This document shows, one piece after another, positions 1 to 12,617 of a stretch of 64,000 bases of DNA. The position numbers were made by a program, and so were the translations under genes. How positions within the stretch are numbered: position 1 is the first letter of the stretch; every line of letters begins with the position of its first letter. The stretch comes from Azolla caroliniana. Lineage: Eukaryota; Plantae; Polypodiophyta. The stretch lies in the NCBI GenBank assembly GCA_043228905.1, contig JBHGNT010000015.1:2728001-2792000 (forward strand), written 5' to 3'. The notes under the pieces were generated by a model that saw only the letters and a program-made list of their open reading frames with translations, ran no database searches and had not been told where the DNA came from.

Positions 1-964
1 AATTGAGCATGAATTACTCAGTACAACAAAACATGGTCAACTAATACAATTAACATACCAATAACTGGCAAATATATAGCAAAAGACCATTGATCCATTA
101 TAGGCACTGTAATTAAAGACATAAGACAAGAACAGAAGTTCAATATCTGTCGACACCACCACAGCAGAGAAAATGAAGGGTGGCAAGATGTGGCCTGTGC
201 AACAGGAACAACTCAACTAAAAGTCAAGTTTAGCAAGCAGTAGATTCAGACAATTTCCAATAATTGCATCGACTAATATGTAGGTAATGTCATTTACCAA
301 ACATTGTAGTTAACTACATCTGCATTGTTAAGATCATCACAATCACAGAAGACAAAATAATACTAAGCAATAACATGTGCTATTGGGAATTATACACTCC
401 TAAAACTAACATTAGTGATTGTAACCTATTTTCCCTAATTATGATTCTCATTTTGTCACTACACACTTGCAAACCTAGACACGTGTAGGCCATGTATATG
501 AAGTAAACATGTAGGCCATGTATATGAATGAAGTAATTTCTGTTCAATATGAAGAAGTCATCCCAGAAAATGGAAGGCAGGAGTATCATTATATATCTTT
601 CAACCGATAGGTAGGTAATTACACAAAATCATGAATTAAAAACAGTAGGTAAAGCAACTGAGATACGCCCAGATTACCACTATTACATGATAGGATCGGA
701 TTAAAAAGTACATAAACATTACCAAGCTTGCAGAACTCCTCAGTACAGAAGAGAGGGGAATGAAATATCGACAACTTGAAATCACTTTTTTAAACAATAC
801 ACTGAAGAAACAATTACCAATATATTAAAAACAAAACTTTGACCAATTTCCTTGAAAATATAGTTATGGAAAACGCATTCGCGCAGTTTCACACAGATAC
901 TTGCACCACATTTTCTCTACTCCCAGAATGAGACTCATAACAAAAAACAGTTCAAAGACCTAGA

Positions 965-2453
965 CTATGTGTTGGTTGCACGAGTGTAGATTTGCTGATT
1001 CGCATGAGCAGCTACCAACCGAATAGTTCCCTTGGACATCAAGTCCCTGATTGCCTTCCTTGCCAACGATCCATTGATCTTCAAACAACATCCATTGAAA
1101 AACAAAAACTCTTTAATCAAGACATCATCAATTGTATATCAAACAATATCCAAGAAAGGATTGACATCAGGCAATGACAATATGCTGAATTTTCCTCACC
1201 CTCAAGCGATCAGACAGAATTGACGGTGTGATTAGCTTGTACTTGGGAACTTCAGACAGAAGCTTGTCATAGGTAGCTTGGTCAAATAAAACCATGTTGT
1301 TCACCTTCTCCTTTTGCTTTCCCTTGCTCCATTTCTACAGTACAGTTGAGGAATATTTTGATTAATAATAGATAATGCAAAGAGACATCATAAATTTATA
1401 ATTTATTGGTGATATGAGATTGTACTATGACTTATTTGATTCAAAGGAATGGCATATCTTAGGACCATTGTGAATGAAAATTTCAATAATCATAAGTTCA
1501 GAATATGGCACAACTCGTTTGGTCTTACATAAGAAAAAAAAAATTACAAGAACATGCCAGGCTAGTTTCAAATAAATGTTTCGCAATCGGACATTCTTCT
1601 ATTTCTACTTCTTCATTTCTGGAGTAGCCAATGTAGGACAGGAAAAAAAACACCCATCGAACTTACCATTTCACGAACAAGTATATGCCTAACTGGTTAA
1701 TACAAAAAGACGAACGTGAAACATTTTTTCCCCTTCATTGCTTCATAAATGGATAAGGAAAATATATTTTGGTTCTACTTTTAGATGACATAAACAAAAT
1801 AAAACGAACAAAATGTGATCATTAGTTGAGCTACAAGAGCTTGTCAGACAGTTTTGAATGTAGACGAAAGGAAATTTTCTATTTATTTTTGCTCTTAATT
1901 GCTTAAATGTATTACTAAGAAAGGAAATATTGGACAATCCGAGCATAATAAGCCAGAAATTCCAACACACAATCATTCATTTCAGTAGAAATTCGGGAAC
2001 AGCAACATTTGAAAGGATAATGTAGCAGCTTTAAGAGCAACTAAACAGGAAATTCCTTTCGTCCAACTAAATCTCAAGTGAAGTCAGATGTTGCACAAGA
2101 GACGATACCAATACATGAAAATATTGCAAGTTGTGTTTATAGTGGCTCGGTGGAACCCTAGTTCTAGACAAAGGAAACTCTGAACTGCGCGACGAACTAA
2201 ACGAACAAGCTCTTAACGCAAGCATAGTGTACGAATCTTAAGAAAACACAGAAGATTTAAACCAAACGTGAGGCTACAGAAGAAAAGGGAGAAGAGAAGA
2301 GTCCCGACCTTCTTCTTCTGCTTTCCTCCACCACCGCTTTTAGCAGGCTTGGAAGGCGCTGCGGCCTTCTGATCTTTCTTGGGAGCCTGCGGAGAAGAGA
2401 GCATGGAAACAAAGTGTCAGCGGAGATGATAAAACAAAACACCATGAACAAGC

Positions 2454-2497
<44 letters not shown>

Positions 2498-2499
2498 AT
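965..2499 (-). CDS. RPS25: 40S ribosomal protein S25 (eS25), 4 exons: complement(join(965..1078,1200..1334,2309..2386,2497..2499)), 109 aa
   Basis: Spliced translation M|[26 protein letters not shown]|[45 protein letters not shown]|[37 protein letters not shown]. All junctions are GT-AG and in phase. The ATG-only first exon at 2497-2499 is the least certain part; an alternative ATG|GT at 2443-2445 would need a 56-nt intron. Confidence 0.95.
2457..2495. repeat. (AG)n microsatellite, about 19 units, directly behind the RPS25 intron-1 donor
   Basis: Seen directly; the minus strand reads ATG|gtctctctct... Confidence 0.95.
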
Positions 2500-2595
2500 G
2501 GAAGCTGTGGAGACGTCTCAGACAAGAGGCAGCAAGCAGCTCCTTTCCTGCGTCGAAGAAAAGAAAAGAAAAGGGAACGAGACGAAGGAGTAAGG

Positions 2596-2613
2596 AAACC
2601 CTAAATTTCCCTT

Positions 2614-2632
<19 letters not shown>
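2596..2632 (-). promoter_or_regulatory. Telo-box (AAACCCTAA, 2596-2604) and TATA-like (TA)n tract upstream of RPS25
   Basis: Exact telo-box about 100 bp upstream of the ATG. Telo-boxes are established elements of plant ribosomal-protein promoters. Confidence 0.6.
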
Positions 2633-2649
<17 letters not shown>

Positions 2650-3274
2650 ATCTTTTTTCCTATGATGGGTGTGTGAGATTCAATGAAGAAGAAGGGCTCC
2701 TACTATGTATCTATTTCTTTCATAATGTAATCGCATTCGCATTCGAGAATGTTTTCAATCATTCGAATATGGTAAACACCCTCGACGTATGGTCAATAGC
2801 ATACTTTTGTATATTGATTATTTGTTATAATGTAAATTTGTTTTTAAGTGAAAAAGTGAAGAAAAAAAAAAACATAAGAATGTTTTGGTAACCTACGCAT
2901 TCGTTATCATTCGTATGAACCACGAATGATTGCCTGTGCATTCGTGTATATTACGTACTACGATGTATCTCACAAATATGGCCTCCTTGTATTCCTAAAT
3001 TCTCAAATATCTATCAATGCTTCAATACATATATGTTTTTTTGGATCATATTTAATTTCTCTACCCACAAATGTATATATACATATAGCCTTCCTTCTTC
3101 TTCGATTTGGCCTGAGCTCCACACAGTTTGATGAAACGGGTCATGTGTGGATTTTAAAGACTATATGGATTGAATGCAACATCTATGTGCTCGTTTCTAG
3201 TAGTACTCTGTGGTTGAATTTTAGGATACCGAGTTGCTTGAGCGATGCTTGCATTCTCCGCGTGCTTATTTACT

Positions 3275-3480
3275 GATCGACATCTGTGTGCATACCAGAT
3301 GGAGCGTTCTTAGAATGTCCTACCTTTAAATGTTTAGATGGATATATGTGTCACTTATATCAATTTGCCATTTTTCCGATCGACATCTGTGTGCATACCA
3401 GATGGAGCATTCTTAGAATGTCCTACCTTTAAATGTTTAGATGGATACATGTGTCACTTATATCAATTTGCCATTTTTCC
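3275..3480. repeat. Direct tandem duplication, 2 x 103 bp
   Basis: gatcgacatctgtgtgcataccagatgg...caatttgccatttttcc at 3275-3377 and 3378-3480, with 2 substitutions. Confidence 0.95.
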
Positions 3481-5001
3481 TATTGCATCGGAGGTAGCTT
3501 TGTGCGGCTACTAACTTTTGTTCATGAATATTAGGATTGTGAGAATATGTACATGATCCTTTTCTATATCATCATGTTTCATAATGAATGCCAACCCATA
3601 TAACAAAGAGCTAATAAGAAAGTATGATTGTCCTAAGCTACTACAACTTTCTTTGGCACGTAACAAAGTGGCCAATTGATTTGTTTAAATACCTAGCATA
3701 ATAGATCAATGTAAGGATGACAACCATTGTGCGCGTTATGATATCGAGCCTAAACACAAATAGTTCAATGTGACATCGTGTATAAAAGAGGAACGTGTGA
3801 CAATGAAAACAAATTAACAATCAGTCATCTATTGATACACAAATGGTAGTCCTTTTTCTCTCCAAAAGTAGAATAGTAAAGTCATAACAAGCAAGAAACC
3901 TTGTGTAAGGCTTCTTCTTACAGTCTCGCTCTCAAATCATGTTCATGGCTAAAACCAAACACACCAACGTTCATACAAAACAAATGCTTGAGTAGCAATG
4001 TAAAGGCTTCCATGCCCATTGTTCTTTCAATGAGATTGTACATACTTGGGTGCAATTTCGTTGCTTGCATGTTGAGGAATATTTGTCCCCTCTCAAGATT
4101 TCAAGCATTAGAGGTATGTTGCTTGTAACCAATACAACTCATGGCACATCAACATGTTATTTCACAATAAATGACGTTGTGGCACATTGATGCGCACTTG
4201 TATATATATCCTCCAATGTTTACCATTGTTGTTATGGCCATAAACTCACGAACTGATTCGCTAGTTGATTTTGATGGGCAATGGTAGGATGGACTGACAC
4301 TATCATGGGATTTGAGACAAACCCATGTGAGCCTATAACATGGGAACATGTGGTGGCGGTGGTGGCTAGGAGAGTCATCGATATCAAGCTTTTAAAAGAT
4401 GACCGACAACCCCTTCACCGTGGGGCATCTTGAGGTGTTATTGTTGAGGCAAAGCTCTTGTGTTCGGTCTGTTTTTTCAGCAACCAAGGTACAATGGGTG
4501 GTATGTGGACACCGATAGGCATTTTGTTGGTTCTCATGGCTTGCACTCAGCGTGGTAGCTAGTTAATCGCCCTTAATCTATCCATCCATCCATTCTTTGT
4601 TCTTCTTGTTCTTCTTCTTAATCTCTGATTCGTTTGTTTTTTGTTTCTTCTTCTTAATATTCGATCCGTTCGTTTTTTCTTTCTTTCTTCTTAATTTATG
4701 GTTCCTTTTTTTTTTCTTTCATCTCCTTAATCTTCAGATTCCTTCTATTTTTTTTGCTCGGCATTAGTTTGAGACCAATGTTTGTCGATGAAATATTCAA
4801 GTGTGTGTACACAAATGTTATGTCCCAAGTGAAAGTAAAGAAAGTGGCCATCCCTCTCAAATCTCACCGTAGCGTCAAGAAGAAGCTTCACAAAACGTTC
4901 ATACACTAACTAAAACCCAAAAGAATATATGTAACGTGAATAGACTTTAGGCAGACAGACTAGGCCTAGTTTTATAGTTTGCCCTAATTATACAAGCTTC
5001 A

Positions 5002-5010
5002 AAACCCTAA
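5002..5010 (+). promoter_or_regulatory. Telo-box upstream of RPL9
   Basis: AAACCCTAA about 110 bp upstream of the ATG, followed by a pyrimidine-rich 5' UTR. Confidence 0.6.
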
Positions 5011-5119
5011 TTCTCCTGCCCCCGTTTCCATCGCCGTCTTCTTCATCGACGTCGTCCTTTTCCGTCTTCTCCTCCCTCTTCTGCAGATCTCCTCCTGCTT
5101 CTGCCACCAATCTGCAGAG

Positions 5120-6861
5120 ATGAAGACCATCCTCGCTTCGCAGACCATGGACATCCCTTCGGGTGTCAAGGTCGAGATCAAAGCCAAACAGATCCGCGTC
5201 ACCGGTCCCCGTGGACAGCTAACTCGCAATTTCAAGCACCTCAACTTAGACCTCCAGATGATCGAAGGAGGTACTAAGCTTAAGGTTGAAGCTTGGTTTG
5301 GCTCTCGCAAAACAATGGCCGCCATTCGAACCGCGCTTAGCCATGTCCAGAACCTCATCACTGGCGTCACCAAAGGTTATCAATACAAGATGAGATTTGT
5401 GTATGCTCATTTTCCTATCAATGCGAGCATCTCGTCCTCCAAAGATAACATCGAAATCAGGAATTTCCTCGGTGAAAAACGGGTGTGTTGAACGTTTCCC
5501 CCCTTTTTCCCTCTCATATAAATTTGGTTTTATCATGATCTTGTTTCGTTATCTATAAATATTCGATACTTACATACGCACCACTCTTATCTGAGAACCG
5601 TGTTTTTGTTAAATAAAGGAGTTTTCATTGATATCCCTGGAAAAGTAGGAAATTTTTGGAAGAAATCATAAAATTTCTTGAAAATGTTGTACTTTGGTTT
5701 TGCTATCTAATTTTTTTTGATACGTACAATCTCGTATGATTGAACTTTTAAAAGCAAGCATGAAAACGTTTATCATACAGCAGTTTAGCTTTAGCATCCT
5801 GAAGTGATTTGTTTTGGATACTAAAGAAATAACAAAGTATAGAGCTAATTTACTTCGTAAGAAACAAGTGATCCTGTAATTCTAGATATGCTTATCATCG
5901 AAGGATGTATATTTTACTTCTAGGTCATGGATTGCACTACCAAGAAGTGAGTGAAAATTTCATACCTGTGTTATTTTCCTGCGACCAAATTGGAGTTTTT
6001 TTCCACCTTAATTCAGTCTTATTTAAATTGATTATATATTTTATGATTCAAAAGTGTTCGAGAATCATTAAGAATTTTTTATGCTATACACTTTACATGC
6101 AAAAGTTAAACGAGGAATTATTCTTCCGTTCATTGAATGTGAGAATCCCTTCAATGGATTCTTAAATCATGATACATCGAAAAGTTTTCTGAGCATTGAT
6201 TCACTGTGTTTATTATGAGCAAAACTAGATTTTGTTGAGCTTTCTAATTATGAATTTGTTTTTGAAGATTTTTGGCATTCACAATGCTAATGTTTCTATA
6301 TGTGAAGAGGTATGAATAGCTGTAGTATGATGTCTCTCTACACGTCTAAAATTTATTTGTAAATGTGTTTGAGCCTTATCCTCGTGGAAGATGCTGCACG
6401 TATTACATTTTAAACTGGTTATGACATATATTGTTTTTTTCTCAGCTTATTCATTTCCCAGTAATTTCATTTCTATTTTTCGATATATCTTAACTTCCAC
6501 TTTTTGACATGTAGGTCCGCAAGGTAGACATGTTGGGAGGTGTTACCGTAACTCGATCAGATAAGGTCAAGGATGAACTAGTATTGGAAGGAAATGATAT
6601 TGAACTTGTTTCACGTTCGTGTGCTCTCATCAATCAGGTATTTATATCTTCAGTTACTATATAGGAGTTGATGTTTTAAATGATGTAATTTATCCTACGA
6701 AGAAATCTTCTGATTTTTCCCCCTACTCTCTACAAAATGTTATTCTTTCTAATCATTACTCTTTTGGTTTGTAGAAATGCCACGTGAAGAAGAAGGATAT
6801 CAGAAAGTTTCTTGATGGTATTTATGTTAGTGAGAAGGGTACAATGGCTGTTGAAGAGTAG
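5120..6861 (+). CDS. RPL9: 60S ribosomal protein L9 (uL6), join(5120..5482,6515..6637,6775..6861), 190 aa
   Basis: [16 protein letters not shown]...FVYAHFPIN...[10 protein letters not shown]|[10 protein letters not shown]...[22 protein letters not shown]|[26 protein letters not shown] introns, phase 0. Confidence 0.97.
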
Positions 6862-9443
6862 ATTTCTCCCATTGTTCACATTGAGTATAGAATTAACATT
6901 TTGGTTTTCTTTTTTGTGGAAGAGCTGTTTCAAAATTTATAGAATTTAGTAGGTTTCTCCTTGTTTCCTTCTGGTATTTCGGTATTGTCTTTTGTTTTAT
7001 TTGTTGTATATTCAAATGTTTTGAGGTTTTTTAATGTGCTCCATGTAGGATGGCCTAGATCGAATATCCATTTTACACTACCTTTTGGCTTTTCTAGTTG
7101 AGAGTGGCTAATTCTATTGTCTACATAAAGTAATGATGAACTATTGGCACCTGGATGGGTTTGCAGTGCTGGAGTAGAGCTAGTCTAATTTGTTTTGATG
7201 ATTGAATCTTAGTTCGTAGATATTTTTCATGTATTGTTTTGAGTTATGTCCATAGGATGCATCTGCCACACCTTAAGTTGTAGAATTTGATTTAGTTTAT
7301 GTTCCCTAGAAATGTAATTTATTTGAAAAGAACATAGCGTTTAGTATATGTCGTCCAGTACAAAGGAATTAGTTGTATGAGCTTTTCCATATCACTGTTT
7401 ATGTTTTCCATTTTGCGGTTGTAAATAGCTGTCTCATTTCTACCATAACATCTGTTTGGTATTGAGCTCATTTCAAGTGATGATCCTCACTGTTATTTTT
7501 GTTAATAGCAAAGATGTGTTCATACAGAAGCTTCTTCCCTCTCAACGTTTGTTAATGTTTAAATGTTCATGGCATAAGAAAATCTTCTCATTGTTGCTCT
7601 TGTAAATTGATGATGTGATGATGTATGGTTACTGTATTATCCAAGCAACAAAATGCATATTCTTCATTATGATGTTGAGGCTCATAAAAGGCCAAATTGC
7701 CATTATGATTATAAAGAGTATATACCTTGCTTCTATTGTTATTGTAATTCAACCTTCAAGAGATGACAAACGGATTATGAAAAAAGAGTGGTTTTATGGT
7801 CCTTATGTGCGAGATATTAATGATGTGTTGTCAAAGGGTGTGGACAAGATTGTGAATGACATTGACAAATGAATCTTTGTAGTATGTAGATGAAAATGGA
7901 GATTGCACAATGGCCATGAAGGTGATATAATTGATGATCATACAAAAAAGAAACTATATTTTTTAGTAACTTCTTGAGGTTATATAAACAGGGGAAACAT
8001 AATATGAAACCATAAATCAGATGCCATTAGTAATGTTGGACAAGGATACCAACCATTTGATTGCCTGTTTTTTTCATGGTCGGTCTAGGAAAATTGTTGG
8101 GGTTTGTACTCAGTGTCCATCTGTTGCATGTGGTCATCTATTAAAAAATGTCATTTAAATGCACATTCCACAATTACAGTACCTTTAAGGAAGCAAAAGG
8201 AAATGAAATAGTTAGAGATGTAATTACTATGGCCTTGGGCGATAATTGATACCTATGCAAGGGTTTCCAAAATTATTGTGTTGAGTTCATAGCTACTCCC
8301 TTGGTAATTCGTAACATATGAGTTTGGGTTATTCCTTTTATGTAATAAAGCATAATCTTTCTCTTAGATTTGCAGCTTGCAAATTTATAGAAACGAGATC
8401 TACTTGGCCAAAAGAGACTTCATAAAACTGTTTCACTTTGGTCCCATAAGTCATGTTTGACTTTCGAGATAGATTATAATATCTATCTATCTCCCAATTG
8501 TCCAAATGATTCATTGGTGACCGCCAAATTAGTACAAAATACCGAGTTGCGAAATTGACATCCCTCTCTCTAATTGACCTCCAAGGAAGATAGTAAAATT
8601 GATTTATGTAAGCCTAGTGCATAAAATAGAAAATGTGCCCGTCCTTGCCACCTTCACAATGAGAGTGCTTACCCATCATGTGATATCAATAATTGAACAA
8701 AAACTTATGAAATATTTTCTTGGCGAATGTGAGTTGCCGGCTTTGTCATTTTCAAATAACTATTATTATGGCTACCCATGCTATATCATAAGTTCTACCT
8801 TTATAACGGTTGTTAAATTGGTGACTAGCATTGACAGTATATGTGCCAATTCTTTTCCTCCATTAGATTTAGTTTTATCATCGAACAAAATTCTGAGGAG
8901 AATTGAATGGAAAGATCTAAAATCTACATCCTAATACTAGATGGAGTCACATTTGGTCCATAGGCCATGTTTAGCCCTCAAGGACACTAGTAGATATACT
9001 TATCGATGTATGGACCTCTCTCTTAGTAAATAGTTTTCGGTTTCTCGGTGTTCGTATAAATAGTTTCTTTAGAGATTATTGATCTTCATTCAGCTTCGCC
9101 ACACACTTTGCAACTACTTTGCTTTAAGTGCGCGTGTGTGGGCGTGCCGTGTGGAAACAAATTTATAAAGACAAGTGTTGGGTTGATAATAGGTCTCTTA
9201 CTTTGATGCATCAACCAAATAAATTAGACAAGGCTTGTTGGAGCTTTTTCTCACATGGAAAACTTTGTATCTAAAGAAAGTTGTTAATTTCATGGTATGC
9301 ATGAGCAAGGATTGCAGCGATAATGATGGTGGTTTTCCCAACTTAGGTACCAATGTCTCATGAGCTATTTATAGAGAAATCTGTCTTTCTCTGTCACACA
9401 TAGCGCTCCTCCCTTGGATGTTCAACTATCTATTTGTATTACT

Positions 9444-10031
9444 ATGGCACCCTTCATAGCTATTTCTTTCTTCCTCCTCCTCACAATCTCAGCCTTTGGC
9501 TCACCTGAAGTTGGGAATCGTGAGAAACCATCCACTATTCACAAGTATCGGCCTCAATTCATAACAATTAGCAAGGTGTATACAAAAGGGTTCATAAATT
9601 GACCCATTATCATTGTTTAATTGATGTAAAGAATGTTATGCAATTTCGGATTTGAACTTGATTCTTTGTGGCAGGAGCTATTAGATGGAGGAGGAGGCAC
9701 CAAAAAGAAGAAGAAATATAACATGAAGAAGGATATGATGGATTGGGCCATGTTGGGCAATGGCACAAAGGTGCCCATATTTCCAATGGCAACATTAGAT
9801 GACAAGTTCAACATTAAGAAGAAGTGGAAGAGAAGAAGATTTTTTGCAAGTAGTAATGGTAATAGTAGTAGTAGTAGCTTTCACACTTGCTCCCTTTGCC
9901 TATGTTGTGATGGCAACCAAAGCATTTGTACTAAAGTTCCTTGTTGCTTCTCCATTGTCTGCAATGTTCCCAACCTTCCTTTCGGCCTTTGCTCGTTCAC
10001 ACCATCCACTTGCAATTGCCTCTCTTGCTAA
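9444..10031 (+). CDS. Secreted cysteine-rich preproprotein, join(9444..9575,9675..10031), 162 aa; uncharacterised plant family
   Basis: Signal peptide MAPFIAISFFLLLTISAFG. A 99-nt GT-AG intron joins two ORF-track frames in phase 0. A basic pro-region (KKKWKRRR) precedes a C-terminal 12-Cys domain CSLCLCCDGNQSICTKVPCCFSIVCNVPNLPFGLCSFTPSTCNCLSC. Confidence 0.8.
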
Positions 10032-12617
10032 CTCTTATTAAACCCCGTACATTGCTCTTCCAGTATTTCCATTCGATACACTCATGTTCGACCTAGTCTC
10101 CCAATTATTTTAGACATGAGTTCCTCCATTATCTCTTACATGCATTCTTATTATTATATGCATTTGATGTATGAATGCTCAAGTATCTACACTTTCCATG
10201 AACTTACATACATACATTGGTTCCCCATCTTAGTTCCTAACCCATTTCGTAGTTGTCACGTAACTTGCACTCTTTCACCCCATCTCGTCATTGTGCGTTA
10301 TGTAAATTGCTCTCGAAGAGAAGTTTGTTTTTCATTGCTAGTTACATCCATTGGTGGTTGGAATACTATTTGAGTAACCTATTATTTGTGTTTCTTCTCT
10401 TCTTTCTTAAAGAAAAATCATTATCAAGCCAAAGAGATTGTGGCATTGGAGTAGTTGTGTATGGAAGGCATGGTGACAAGCAAGATCGTGGGGCATTATA
10501 TGCTTTTGAATGTTCTTGTATATTTGTGGGAAATGTTTTTGGTTATCTTGGATTGGTCAGAGTTTTTGTCTTCTTTAAATGTTTGACAGAGTTCTCTTTT
10601 ATGAAAGACAACCAAACAAAGACAAAAAATCATGTGTGCTAAAAACTTATTTCTTCCCTTGTTTGCATTAAAGTTCATGTCCTACGATACTATCTTGAGC
10701 TCCTCGCTCTCGCTTTCTTCATTACCCTTTGATCACGTTGCATAATTATTTTCACTTCTTATGTAGCGAAAATGTGTCAATGCCAATGACAAGAATCCAA
10801 AGTTTAGGAGCAAATTATTAATGTCTGTGATTGCAAACTAAAGTTATCACTTTGTTAACATTCCATTATCATTGTTTACGTTGAGAAAACTATGCCAATG
10901 TTATTGTTGTAAAGCCACTAGAATCAAATTATTTGAAGTTCAAACCTATCATCCTAATAAGAAAAATGTCAACTTCAATTAGGATGACATATTGAATGCA
11001 AAGTTTGGACATTTGAACACAATATCTTTTAATCATGATGTATATAGTTTGGTACGTTGTAGTTGCAATTTGACCTTAGACAGTTGTCACGGATCATCAC
11101 TCTCAAATTGACCTCACATAGCCCTATATAATAAAAATGTCCCATCTAGATGGAATGTCTTTTTTTATGATAATTTTAGTGCTAGTCCATTAATTTACAT
11201 GGATTTGGAAGTTATTTAAGGGATCCCAGATTTGTTTTCAAAGGGATCATTTGCAATGCAGAAGGTGATTAGCTTCTTCATATACCTCTTCCACTAAAGT
11301 CCAAATATCTCTTAATTGTGTCATATATTGAATCCTCATTATATGTACAAACTTCCAATTGTGACATCCTTTTAAATTTACAACTCTCCTCTCTCAAGAT
11401 GCACAAGGTGGAAGCATAACGTGCATGACTAGTGATGCATTCCTTCAATGATGATGTTATATAGCGAACATTCTTATTTGGATCCCAAGGAGCACCCTCC
11501 ACTCTCAAGATAGTGTAAAAGGTCATACCATCAATGTGCTTAAAAGGCCATACCATGGTTAGATCAACCACATGTGTTAGAATATTCAATGTCTTGTCCT
11601 AGTAAAACAGGCTTTTAGCTTATTTGACTACTATTTAAGTGTATTGCACAATCTACAACAACAATTGAATAATCCTCATGACATCACATAACAAAATGCA
11701 TCTTTCACAAGCTATATATAGATGACACATAGAATAGACGCATATGGAAATGTCCCCAAGTCAATATATATTTCCATGTTCCAAGTCAATCTATGATGAT
11801 ACACGTTCCAATAGATATAGATAACTGAGACAATGCATGAGAAAATATACACATCAATAACTTATATGACATGTGTGCTAGTGGACAGATAATTGAAAAT
11901 GCACGAGGAAACAAATTGCCCAAAGAAACATGTACTTCAGAGTGTTTCCATCTGTTAAATAATAGTGTCCATTCCATGTAATCCAAATGCTCAAACAAAA
12001 GAGAGTGCAACTTTGAATGATAAACAAAGCGTGATTGATGGCAAGTAAATTATCATTAAGTTCCACTACAATTAAATGACAATTTAACTTAACTAGAGTC
12101 CATTTTTGATACAGGAATTTTGTCTATACTGCATAATCACCTCTTGTGTTTAACCATGGTTTTACAATACATGCAAGCATCTTAACATAAGTAAAATTAC
12201 ATCACGTTAGAAAAAAGTATTGGAAAAAGTGTTCTCAAAGCATCACAAAGTTGCATATATACTAAATAGGAAGAAAATCTATTACATCTTTCGATTAGCG
12301 TATCCATCATGTTTACAGAATGGATCTTCCCTTTGTATTTGTAGTTATCCATTTTATTTCATAATGCTCTCAAATCTCGCATTATTGCTGCAGCAAAACA
12401 CTTCTCCTAATGTCTGAACAGAAGCATGAATGCAAATGATAAAATCATGTTGTCATAAGCTACCTCATCATGGTCATACTATCTGAATCACAATGAGGAG
12501 ATCGCAATTCAAGTCTCTATTCAACCAAACACAATATTTAATTTCAAAAACGAAACAGGTGAGATTAAAAATCGGTAGAGCAAATTGCTCCAGGCTAAAA
12601 TGCTGAGGAATCTTGAG

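Noticed and set aside
244-344. Minus-strand box C/D snoRNA (GTGATGA...CTGA)
   Set aside because: Only a 3-bp terminal stem and no rRNA-antisense guide that I can recognise.
2668-2978. Possible decayed MITE (tgtgagattca...tgtatctcaca, cattcg sub-repeats)
   Set aside because: Termini and TSD could not be fixed.
11000-12070. Minus-strand ORF fragments (103, 74, 62 aa); similar fragments at 3500-4370 and 7600-7950
   Set aside because: They look like decayed transposon or pseudogene DNA but have no motif I can assign; needs BLASTX.
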